Below, one piece after another: positions 41,853-51,747 of a stretch of DNA of 64,000 bases. Origin of the DNA: a virus. Taxonomy: Duplodnaviria; Heunggongvirae; Uroviricota; Caudoviricetes. The notes below the pieces were generated by a model. It was given only the letters and a program-made list of their open reading frames with translations, had not been told where the DNA came from and did no database searches. The DNA lies in IMG/VR virus record IMGVR_UViG_2778261457_000003, positions 2,217-66,216 of that record, one strand, 5' to 3'. Both the position numbers and the translations under genes were made by a program. Position 1 is the stretch's first letter. Every line of letters begins with the position of its first letter.

Positions 41853-42884
41853 ATGTCCAATTTACTGACCGTACACCAAAATTTGCCTGCATTACCGGTC
41901 GATGCAACGAGTGATGAGGTTCGCAAGAACCTGATGGACATGTTCAGGGATCGCCAGGCGTTTTCTGAGCATACCTGGAAAATGCTTCTGTCCGTTTGCC
42001 GGTCGTGGGCGGCATGGTGCAAGTTGAATAACCGGAAATGGTTTCCCGCAGAACCTGAAGATGTTCGCGATTATCTTCTATATCTTCAGGCGCGCGGTCT
42101 GGCAGTAAAAACTATCCAGCAACATTTGGGCCAGCTAAACATGCTTCATCGTCGGTCCGGGCTGCCACGACCAAGTGACAGTAATGCTGTTTCACTGGTC
42201 ATGCGGCGGATTCGAAAAGAAAACGTTGATGCCGGTGAACGTGCAAAACAGGCATTGGCGTTCGAACGCACTGATTTCGACCAGGTTCGTTCACTCATGG
42301 AAAATAGCGATCGCTGCCAGGATATACGGAATCTGGCATTTCTGGGGATTGCTTATAACACCCTGTTACGTATAGCCGAAATTGCCAGGATCAGGGTTAA
42401 AGATATCTCACGTACTGACGGTGGGAGAATGTTAATCCATATTGGCAGAACGAAAACGCTGGTTAGCACCGCAGGTGTAGAGAAGGCACTTAGCCTGGGG
42501 GTAACTAAACTGGTCGAGCGATGGATTTCTGTCTCTGGTGTGGCTGATGATCCGAATAACTACCTGTTTTGCCGTGTCAGAAAAAATGGTGTTGCCGCGC
42601 CATCTGCCACCAGCCAGCTATCAACTCGCGCTCTGGAAGGGATTTTTGAAGCAACTCATCGATTGATTTACGGCGCTAAGGATGACTCTGGGCAGAGATA
42701 CCTGGCCTGGTCTGGACACAGTGCCCGTGTCGGAGCCGCGCGAGATATGGCCCGCGCCGGAGTTTCAATACCGGAGATCATGCAAGCTGGTGGCTGGACC
42801 AACGTAAATATTGTCATGAACTACATTCGTAACCTGGATAGTGAAACGGGGGCAATGGTGCGCCTGCTGGAAGATGGCGATTAG
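41853..42884 (+). CDS. cre: Cre tyrosine site-specific recombinase
   Basis: 343 aa starting MSNLLTVHQNLPALPVDATSDEVRKNLMDMFRDRQAFSEHTWKMLLSVCRSWAAWCKL; catalytic R...H-x-x-R...Y context present; loxP about 450 bp upstream. Confidence 0.97.
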   Translation: MSNLLTVHQNLPALPVDATSDEVRKNLMDMFRDRQAFSEHTWKMLLSVCRSWAAWCKLNNRKWFPAEPEDVRDYLLYLQARGLAVKTIQQHLGQLNMLHRRSGLPRPSDSNAVSLVMRRIRKENVDAGERAKQALAFERTDFDQVRSLMENSDRCQDIRNLAFLGIAYNTLLRIAEIARIRVKDISRTDGGRMLIHIGRTKTLVSTAGVEKALSLGVTKLVERWISVSGVADDPNNYLFCRVRKNGVAAPSATSQLSTRALEGIFEATHRLIYGAKDDSGQRYLAWSGHSARVGAARDMARAGVSIPEIMQAGGWTNVNIVMNYIRNLDSETGAMVRLLEDGD

Positions 42885-42902
42885 CCGTTCATTTGCGCTT
42901 GA

Positions 42903-42919
42903 TTGCTCTAATTATTTGA
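42903..42919 (+). promoter_or_regulatory. C1 operator-like site ATTGCTCTAATTATTTG
   Basis: consensus match just after the cre stop. Confidence 0.5.
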
Positions 42920-42934
42920 TATTTATGGTGACGC

Positions 42935-43246
42935 ATGCGGAAGGATTTCAAAATAGACGGAAAATATGTGGTGCTGTCTGTAAGCTCTCAAATTCAGTCA
43001 CCATCTGTCATTGTCACCGTAAAGTTGAGCGATAGGATGCCTGATATCGACTCGATATCTGTTGCGTTCCCCGTTAAAAGCATGCGGAGTGCTGAACATT
43101 TTGTGATGAATGCAACGGAGGAGGAAGCGCGGCGCGGGCTTACTAGAGTGATGGTGGAATTTGGCGAACTCCTGGGTAAGGTAAACAATGCCCTTTCAAT
43201 CAGTTCAGCAAGATCCAAAGCGTTAACAGCTTCCATGATGAAATAA
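42935..43246 (+). CDS. hypothetical protein downstream of cre
   Basis: 103-aa ORF followed by a GC hairpin (gcctggcaaggagccaggc). Confidence 0.4.
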   Translation: MRKDFKIDGKYVVLSVSSQIQSPSVIVTVKLSDRMPDIDSISVAFPVKSMRSAEHFVMNATEEEARRGLTRVMVEFGELLGKVNNALSISSARSKALTASMMK

Positions 43247-43377
43247 AAAAAGCCTGGCAAGGAGCCAGGCTGCACAAAAGAGCGGGTTTGTATTCCGCAT
43301 CCAATCAATCAAGAAGGAGTATAGCACACAGATACTGAAGTGAAAAAATGTGATTCGCGATAAACAAAATATATATC

Positions 43378-43407
43378 ATTGCTCTAATTAATTGCTATAA
43401 TTGAACC
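43378..43407 (+). promoter_or_regulatory. tandem overlapping C1 operator-like sites (ATTGCTCTAATTAATTG + ATTGCTATAATTGAACC) upstream of ref
   Basis: two consensus-like copies in direct orientation. Confidence 0.55.
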
Positions 43408-43462
43408 GCAGTTTTTGTCAACTACGAAGACGTTGCCATTACTTCACTCCTTGACATCATTG

Positions 43463-43487
43463 GCGGCCATTAGGCCGCCTTTTTTTT
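43463..43487 (+). terminator. GC hairpin + T-run (ggcggcc-atta-ggccgcc-TTTTTTTT) immediately upstream of the ref start
   Basis: perfect 7-bp stem and 8-T run; may be terminator or attenuator. Confidence 0.45.
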
Positions 43488-43492
43488 GCCAT

Positions 43493-43921
43493 ATGAAAAC
43501 AATCGAACAAAAACTTGAACAGCGCCGCGAGTGGCAGAAGGCAGCCAGAGAACGAGCGATCGCTCGGCAACGGGAAAAGTTGGCTGACCCAGCCTGGCGA
43601 GAATCGCAATATCAGAAAATGCGGGATTCTATCGACCGCCGTATCGCTAAACAGAAAGAGCGCCCACCAGCCAGCAAAACGCGGAAAAGTGCGGTAAAGA
43701 TAAAATCTCGTGGCTTGAAGGGGCGAACATCGACAGCGGAGGAACGGAGCATCGCCAATGCTCTTGGCGCTCTCCCCTGCATTGCCTGCTACATGCATGG
43801 AGTAATATCTGAAGAGGTATCTCTGCACCATATCTCCGGTCGTACCGCGCCGGGTTGTCACAAAAAGCAATTGCCCCTTTGTAGATGGCACCACCAGCAT
43901 GCAGCACCGGCTGAAGTAAGA
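43493..43921 (+). pseudogene. ref: ref (HNH-type recombination enhancement endonuclease), 5' fragment interrupted by a Tn3-family insertion
   Basis: MKTIEQKLEQRREWQKAARERAIARQ ... HHISGRTAPG ... RWHHQHAAPAEV then frame runs into the transposon IR at 43922. Confidence 0.8.
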
Positions 43922-43959
43922 GGGGTCTGACGCTCAGTGGAACGAAAACTCACGTTAAG
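43922..43959. repeat. Tn3 terminal inverted repeat (bla-proximal end)
   Basis: exact 38-bp IR. Confidence 0.95.
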
Positions 43960-44068
43960 GGATTTTGGTCATGAGATTATCAAAAAGGATCTTCACCTAG
44001 ATCCTTTTAAATTAAAAATGAAGTTTTAAATCAATCTAAAGTATATATGAGTAAACTTGGTCTGACAG

Positions 44069-44941
<873 letters not shown>

Positions 44942-45111
44942 TCAATATTATTGAAGCATTTACCAGGGTTATTGTCTCATGAGCGGATACATATTTGAAT
45001 GTATTTAGAAAAATAAACAAATAGGGGTTCCGCGCACATTTCCCCGAAAAGTGCCACCTGACGTCTAAGAAACCATTATTATCATGACATTAACCTATAA
45101 AAATAGGCGTA

Positions 45112-45832
<721 letters not shown>

Positions 45833-48800
45833 ATGCCCGTTGACTTTCTGACCACTGAGCAGACTGAAAGCTATGGCAGATTCACCGGTGAACCGGATGA
45901 GCTTCAGCTGGCACGATATTTTCACCTTGATGAAGCAGACAAGGAATTTATCGGAAAAAGCAGAGGTGATCACAACCGTCTGGGCATTGCCCTGCAAATT
46001 GGATGTGTCCGTTTTCTGGGCACCTTCCTCACCGATATGAATCATATTCCTTCCGGCGTCCGGCATTTTACCGCCAGACAGCTCGGGATTCGTGATATCA
46101 CCGTTCTTGCAGAATACGGTCAGAGGGAAAATACCCGCCGTGAGCATGCAGCGCTGATACGTCAGCACTATCAGTATCGTGAATTTGCCTGGCCCTGGAC
46201 ATTTCGCCTTACCCGTCTTTTATATACCCGGAGCTGGATAAGCAACGAACGTCCTGGCCTGCTTTTCGATCTGGCGACAGGGTGGCTTATGCAACATCGT
46301 ATTATTCTCCCCGGAGCCACTACGCTGACCCGGTTGATTTCAGAGGTAAGGGAAAAGGCGACGTTGCGCCTGTGGAACAAACTGGCACTGATACCGTCAG
46401 CCGAACAGCGTTCACAGCTGGAGATGCTGCTGGGGCCAACTGATTGCAGCCGCCTGTCTTTACTGGAATCACTGAAAAAGGGCCCTGTGACCATCAGTGG
46501 TCCGGCGTTTAATGAAGCAATTGAACGCTGGAAAACTCTGAACGATTTTGGCCTGCATGCTGAAAACCTGAGTACACTCCCGGCTGTGCGCCTGAAAAAT
46601 CTCGCACGTTATGCTGGTATGACTTCGGTGTTCAATATTGCCAGGATGTCACCGCAGAAAAGGATGGCGGTTCTGGTTGCCTTTGTCCTTGCATGGGAAA
46701 CGCTGGCGCTGGATGATGCATTGGACGTTCTGGACGCCATGCTGGCCGTTATCATCCGTGACGCCAGAAAGATTGGGCAGAAAAAACGGCTCCGCTCGCT
46801 GAAGGATCTGGATAAATCTGCATTGGCGCTCGCCAGCGCATGTTCGTACCTGCTGAAAGAAGAAACACCGGACGAATCGATTCGTGCTGAGGTGTTCAGC
46901 TACATCCCAAGGCAAAAGCTGGCTGAAATCATCACGCTTGTCCGTGAAATTGCCCGGCCCTCAGACGATAATTTTCATGAAGAAATGGTGGAGCAGTACG
47001 GGCGCGTTCGTCGTTTCCTGCCCCATCTGCTGAATACCGTTAAATTTTCATCCGCACCTGCCGGGGTTACCACTCTGAATGCCTGTGACTACCTCAGCCG
47101 GGAGTTCAGCTCACGGCGGCAGTTTTTTGACGACGCACCAACGGAAATTATCAGTCGGTCATGGAAACGGCTGGTGATTAACAAGGAAAAACATATCACC
47201 CGCAGGGGATACACGCTCTGCTTTCTCAGTAAACTGCAGGATAGTCTGAGGCGGAGGGATGTCTACGTTACCGGCAGTAACCGGTGGGGAGATCCTCGTG
47301 CAAGATTACTACAGGGTGCTGACTGGCAGGCAAACCGGATTAAGGTTTATCGTTCTTTGGGGCACCCGACAGACCCGCAGGAAGCAATAAAATCTCTGGG
47401 TCATCAGCTTGATAGTCGTTACAGACAGGTTGCTGCACGTCTTTGCGAAAATGAGGCTGTCGAACTCGATGTTTCTGGCCCGAAGCCCCGGTTGACAATT
47501 TCTCCCCTCGCCAGTCTTGATGAGCCGGACAGTCTGAAACGACTGAGCAAAATGATCAGTGATCTACTCCCTCCGGTGGATTTAACGGAGTTGCTGCTCG
47601 AAATTAACGCCCATACCGGATTTGCTGATGAGTTTTTCCATGCTAGTGAAGCCAGTGCCAGAGTTGATGATCTGCCCGTCAGCATCAGCGCCGTGCTGAT
47701 GGCTGAAGCCTGCAATATCGGTCTGGAACCACTGATCAGATCAAATGTTCCTGCACTGACCCGACACCGGCTGAACTGGACAAAAGCGAACTATCTGCGG
47801 GCTGAAACTATCACCAGCGCTAATGCCAGACTGGTTGATTTTCAGGCAACGCTGCCACTGGCACAGATATGGGGTGGAGGAGAAGTGGCATCTGCAGATG
47901 GAATGCGCTTTGTTACGCCAGTCAGAACAATCAATGCCGGACCGAACCGCAAATACTTTGGTAATAACAGAGGGATCACCTGGTACAACTTTGTGTCCGA
48001 TCAGTATTCCGGCTTTCATGGCATCGTTATACCGGGGACGCTGAGGGACTCTATCTTTGTGCTGGAAGGTCTTCTGGAACAGGAGACCGGGCTGAATCCA
48101 ACCGAAATTATGACCGATACAGCAGGTGCCAGCGAACTTGTCTTTGGCCTTTTCTGGCTGCTGGGATACCAGTTTTCTCCACGCCTGGCTGATGCCGGTG
48201 CTTCGGTTTTCTGGCGAATGGACCATGATGCCGACTATGGCGTGCTGAATGATATTGCCAGAGGGCAATCAGATCCCCGAAAAATAGTCCTTCAGTGGGA
48301 CGAAATGATCCGGACCGCTGGCTCCCTGAAGCTGGGCAAAGTACAGGTTTCAGTGCTGGTCCGTTCATTGCTGAAAAGTGAACGTCCTTCCGGACTGACT
48401 CAGGCAATCATTGAAGTGGGGCGCATCAACAAAACGCTGTATCTGCTTAATTATATTGATGATGAAGATTACCGCCGGCGCATTCTGACCCAGCTTAATC
48501 GGGGAGAAAGTCGCCATGCCGTTGCCAGAGCCATCTGTCACGGTCAAAAAGGTGAGATAAGAAAACGATATACCGACGGTCAGGAAGATCAACTGGGCAC
48601 ACTGGGGCTGGTCACTAACGCCGTCGTGTTATGGAACACTATTTATATGCAGGCAGCCCTGGATCATCTCCGGGCGCAGGGTGAAACACTGAATGATGAA
48701 GATATCGCACGCCTCTCCCCGCTTTGCCACGGACATATCAATATGCTCGGCCATTATTCCTTCACGCTGGCAGAACTGGTGACCAAAGGACATCTGAGAC

Positions 48801-48838
48801 CATTAAAAGAGGCGTCAGAGGCAGAAAACGTTGCTTAA
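45833..48838 (+). CDS. tnpA: Tn3 transposase
   Basis: 1001 aa from MPVDFLTTEQTESYGRF; 3' end runs into the terminal IR; ORF-track start at 45674 is an upstream extension. Confidence 0.95.
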   Translation: MPVDFLTTEQTESYGRFTGEPDELQLARYFHLDEADKEFIGKSRGDHNRLGIALQIGCVRFLGTFLTDMNHIPSGVRHFTARQLGIRDITVLAEYGQRENTRREHAALIRQHYQYREFAWPWTFRLTRLLYTRSWISNERPGLLFDLATGWLMQHRIILPGATTLTRLISEVREKATLRLWNKLALIPSAEQRSQLEMLLGPTDCSRLSLLESLKKGPVTISGPAFNEAIERWKTLNDFGLHAENLSTLPAVRLKNLARYAGMTSVFNIARMSPQKRMAVLVAFVLAWETLALDDALDVLDAMLAVIIRDARKIGQKKRLRSLKDLDKSALALASACSYLLKEETPDESIRAEVFSYIPRQKLAEIITLVREIARPSDDNFHEEMVEQYGRVRRFLPHLLNTVKFSSAPAGVTTLNACDYLSREFSSRRQFFDDAPTEIISRSWKRLVINKEKHITRRGYTLCFLSKLQDSLRRRDVYVTGSNRWGDPRARLLQGADWQANRIKVYRSLGHPTDPQEAIKSLGHQLDSRYRQVAARLCENEAVELDVSGPKPRLTISPLASLDEPDSLKRLSKMISDLLPPVDLTELLLEINAHTGFADEFFHASEASARVDDLPVSISAVLMAEACNIGLEPLIRSNVPALTRHRLNWTKANYLRAETITSANARLVDFQATLPLAQIWGGGEVASADGMRFVTPVRTINAGPNRKYFGNNRGITWYNFVSDQYSGFHGIVIPGTLRDSIFVLEGLLEQETGLNPTEIMTDTAGASELVFGLFWLLGYQFSPRLADAGASVFWRMDHDADYGVLNDIARGQSDPRKIVLQWDEMIRTAGSLKLGKVQVSVLVRSLLKSERPSGLTQAIIEVGRINKTLYLLNYIDDEDYRRRILTQLNRGESRHAVARAICHGQKGEIRKRYTDGQEDQLGTLGLVTNAVVLWNTIYMQAALDHLRAQGETLNDEDIARLSPLCHGHINMLGHYSFTLAELVTKGHLRPLKEASEAENVA

Positions 48839-48871
48839 CGTGAGTTTTCGTTCCACTGAGCGTCAGACCCC
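48834..48871. repeat. Tn3 terminal inverted repeat (tnpA-proximal end)
   Basis: CTTAACGTGAGTTTTCGTTCCACTGAGCGTCAGACCCC. Confidence 0.95.
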
Positions 48872-49008
48872 TAAGAGAAAAATACCCCTGGCTGGTCCCT
48901 GTTCATGCCGATGGTGTGGTTGGAGGCAAGAAAGAATTCACCTTGCTGAACAAGTCAGAGATGGAGTTGCTGGCTGACGCCTATGAGATGGCAAACATCA
49001 TGCACTAA
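48872..49008 (+). pseudogene. ref: ref 3' fragment (continues the interrupted frame: VREKYPWLVPVHADGVVGGKKEFTLLNKSEMELLADAYEMANIMH)
   Basis: reading frame is restored across the TAAGA duplication. Confidence 0.8.
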
Positions 49009-49152
49009 TAAATATATTATTTTTAATCTGAAATAATTGACAACTGACAAGTGACTTCAGTCAGAATCATCACATGCCCGGTACGGATGGATCCCTTTTC
49101 AAATATTCCATGGACGGCACAGTCTGAGTACCGGGCGCTACCTTCAGTTGTA

Positions 49153-49182
49153 TTGCTAAGCCGCCGCTGGTGGCTTTTCTTT
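49153..49182 (+). terminator. rho-independent terminator (agccgccgctggtggctt + T-run)
   Basis: GC hairpin followed by ttttcttttttg. Confidence 0.5.
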
Positions 49183-49196
49183 TTTGTAGGGGCGCT

Positions 49197-49838
49197 ATGG
49201 ATAAGAAAATATGCGTTGTTTCGATGAGCGTCGGCAAACCGGCGTCAATGACTGCTGCATGGATCAACAACGAGCTGATAATGGCTGAGCGGACCAGCTA
49301 CCCTGAACGCCGCCGCGATATGGAACTCCAGCTGCTGCGCGAATTGCGAGAAAAAGAGGAAAAGGGTTTTATCGTGCTGGTGGAAGAGGAAAACAGCTTT
49401 ATTACTGGTCGAGTTGGCCAGCGTGTAAGGTTGCGCGATCCCTTCATGAACGGCAGGCCGGTACTAATTGAGGCAATGCAGATTTATAAGGAGCTGGAAC
49501 GCCAGAAAGCAATCAAGTTACCGCGCAAGGAATCCGGCAAATACATCCTCCACCAAAGCATCTTCGATTCCGAACACGATAAAAAAGGCGATGAATTTTT
49601 CAACATCAACTGGAGCGAAATAACGACAGAGCATGTTCTGACGTTACTATGTTGCTTTGCGACGGAATACAACAACGTTGCCAGCGCCGACTACATCAGG
49701 GCAATGGCTTGTGAAGTGGATAGTCGTGATGACTCATCGCTGATAGCGTCATATATAAACATCATCAAGAAAACTCAAATTATGGGATGCGCTAGAGTTC
49801 CTCAAGGAATACTCACCGGAAAGAATAATATTCTATAA
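49197..49838 (+). CDS. mat: hypothetical protein at the position of P1 mat (particle maturation)
   Basis: ORF from MDKKICVVSM with RBS; assignment by position only. Confidence 0.4.
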   Translation: MDKKICVVSMSVGKPASMTAAWINNELIMAERTSYPERRRDMELQLLRELREKEEKGFIVLVEEENSFITGRVGQRVRLRDPFMNGRPVLIEAMQIYKELERQKAIKLPRKESGKYILHQSIFDSEHDKKGDEFFNINWSEITTEHVLTLLCCFATEYNNVASADYIRAMACEVDSRDDSSLIASYINIIKKTQIMGCARVPQGILTGKNNIL

Positions 49839-49886
49839 CCTACGAAGGTTATTTGTTACTTTCTGCGTAAACCCACAACTCACCTT

Positions 49887-49906
49887 CCTAAGTTAAGGAA
49901 GGTATT
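49887..49906. terminator. bidirectional hairpin (ccttcc-taagttaa-ggaagg) between convergent mat and the 346-aa gene
   Basis: 6-bp perfect stem with T-rich flank. Confidence 0.4.
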
Positions 49907-49935
49907 TATCATGAAGTTTAGACATAAGCGTATTA

Positions 49936-50976
49936 TTACATGGGATTAACCACAACCTTTCCATATATATCAAGTTTTGATTGTAATACGTTGAGGTGAG
50001 ACAATTCTTTATTCGAACTAACTTTATCTAAAATTATATTTTTATCTTTTTCAGTCATGTTATACCCTAAGGTAATTTGCTTGAATGCAGAAAAAGGAAT
50101 TTTCTTTAAGTTAATTTCATGATAGTCATGAAAAACATCAGGATACTCATTTAATAGGCAATCATCAATCGATGGAGAGACAATGCTTCCTATTTTTCTC
50201 TCGCAATCAGCCAATGGAAAAATAATTCTACTTTCATTTTCAGGAAGCCACTCTTCACCTTTTGTATAAAGAAGCCTATTAATAAAAAGCTCGCGAACTG
50301 AATCTCGATTTAAGATCCCATGCAATGTATTATCTTTATTCTTTATATCTATATTCCTCGATGGCGCAGGATAGCCATTAAATCGCACAGCGCCTTTATA
50401 ATAGGTTACAGATGCTCTATCTTCTGGATTATAACTAACATCACACGGCCGATATATTTTGAAAAAATCGTGTGTTTCATCGAAAACTACAGCAAACCCC
50501 TTTCCTATCGATGCATAATGAGTCCACATGTGTAGATTGCAATCACTTTTTGATAGAGAGAACACACCAAGATGACAGCTTACGGCTTCTACTAAATAAT
50601 CGTTAAGGTACGTTACTATTTCTTGGAGTTTAGATTCATCATATGAATCCATTGAGGTAAAACCTTCATTGATTAACAAGTGTGGAAAATCCTCTCCGTA
50701 TCGTTTCCCGCAAGGTTTTAAATAATACTCTAACTCTTGTATAGATGGGACATAAGATGGATCTCGTTGCATTTTCTTAAATTCATTTCTAGCCCATGCG
50801 TAATCGGCTGGTGAAAATTTATTAAAAAATGGAAGAAGTCGCGACTCACTCGACGGATCATTAAGATACTTTGGTTGCGTTGCTCTAAAGAAACCATCCT
50901 CCAGACAAGATGTTCTAATGTGCATGCCCGGCCAAGGTTTATCCATATAACTCTCGCCTATATATTTAACTAACAC
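49936..50976 (-). CDS. AT-rich accessory gene, DUF2971-like (LHMWTHYASIGKGFAVVFDE motif); candidate single-gene anti-phage defence or abortive-infection protein
   Basis: 346-aa ORF (GTG start at 50976 or ATG at 50946); GC content visibly far below flanking DNA; own hairpins on both sides; occupies the slot between mat and lxc. Confidence 0.6.
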   Translation of the reverse strand: MLVKYIGESYMDKPWPGMHIRTSCLEDGFFRATQPKYLNDPSSESRLLPFFNKFSPADYAWARNEFKKMQRDPSYVPSIQELEYYLKPCGKRYGEDFPHLLINEGFTSMDSYDESKLQEIVTYLNDYLVEAVSCHLGVFSLSKSDCNLHMWTHYASIGKGFAVVFDETHDFFKIYRPCDVSYNPEDRASVTYYKGAVRFNGYPAPSRNIDIKNKDNTLHGILNRDSVRELFINRLLYTKGEEWLPENESRIIFPLADCERKIGSIVSPSIDDCLLNEYPDVFHDYHEINLKKIPFSAFKQITLGYNMTEKDKNIILDKVSSNKELSHLNVLQSKLDIYGKVVVNPM

Positions 50977-51002
50977 TGTATATCGATCCTGTTGTTTAAG
51001 CC

Positions 51003-51022
51003 CATATCATATGGGCTTTAAA
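51003..51022 (-). terminator. hairpin (gcccatatgatatgggc) after lxc
   Basis: palindromic stem-loop directly downstream of the lxc stop on the minus strand. Confidence 0.4.
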
Positions 51023-51028
51023 TGATTA

Positions 51029-51277
51029 TTAATCAGCATTCAGAAGCAATGCGTTATCTATGATGATCTGCTCCCATTCTTCGAATGCCCGATCGCGGAC
51101 ACCTTGGGGAACACTGTTAGTTTTGAAATCGACGACCGTCCGCCATTTCCCGTCCGGGCGGTACATGCGCAGAGCTTTACTTCCCCCTTCCCTGCGCACC
51201 TCAACGTTATGCTTGTCAGCAAACTCTTGTAATGCTCGTAGCGTCCCATGCTTTACTGTGTAGTATCGCTTTTTCAA
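51029..51277 (-). CDS. lxc: Lxc/Bof-like C1 co-repressor modulator (82 aa)
   Basis: 82-aa basic protein downstream of darB operon; size and position match P1 bof/lxc as recalled. Confidence 0.5.
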   Translation of the reverse strand: MKKRYYTVKHGTLRALQEFADKHNVEVRREGGSKALRMYRPDGKWRTVVDFKTNSVPQGVRDRAFEEWEQIIIDNALLLNAD

Positions 51278-51714
51278 GTTTTCTCTCCAGCCTGTGCTAA
51301 GGCTTCAACTTCCAAATCGTAAGACTCAAACTCATAGTCCTGGTCGTCAACCTCTTCAGGTACTGGCAGTAAATGCCAGGCTGAGTATATCTGACCATTA
51401 TCAAAACGCTCCTGGCTGTAGAGCGTCGCGGCTATGAGCGTCAGCGCCGGGCGGTCATAACGGTAAATTTTGCGAACGTCACGGTCAACGAGACGACCGA
51501 AATTACCATAACCGCGCTCCAGTAATAATTTTTTAATTTCCGGCCAGTATGGACCATAGCTGCGGTACAGGCGGGGATTTTTCAGTAATCGCCCGCGTAG
51601 CCCTGACAGGAAGAAATCAACGTATTCGTCTTCTGTCTTTCCTAACAACGCTGTACGGAGTACCGCCTCAAGATATGTTTTATTCGGTTTTATTGTATCA
51701 GATAGTGTGGCCAT
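51274..51714 (-). CDS. ulx: hypothetical protein between darB and lxc
   Basis: 146-aa ORF, ATGA-type overlap with lxc. Confidence 0.45.
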   Translation of the reverse strand: MATLSDTIKPNKTYLEAVLRTALLGKTEDEYVDFFLSGLRGRLLKNPRLYRSYGPYWPEIKKLLLERGYGNFGRLVDRDVRKIYRYDRPALTLIAATLYSQERFDNGQIYSAWHLLPVPEEVDDQDYEFESYDLEVEALAQAGEKT

Positions 51715-51747
51715 ATTATGCGACGCCCGGCGAACCGGGCGCTCCTG

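Noticed and set aside
43415-43492. Upstream extension of ref (MSTTKTLPLLHSLTSLAAIRPPFFCH)
   Set aside because: Runs through a terminator-like hairpin and T-run; the Ref protein starts at MKTIEQK (43493).
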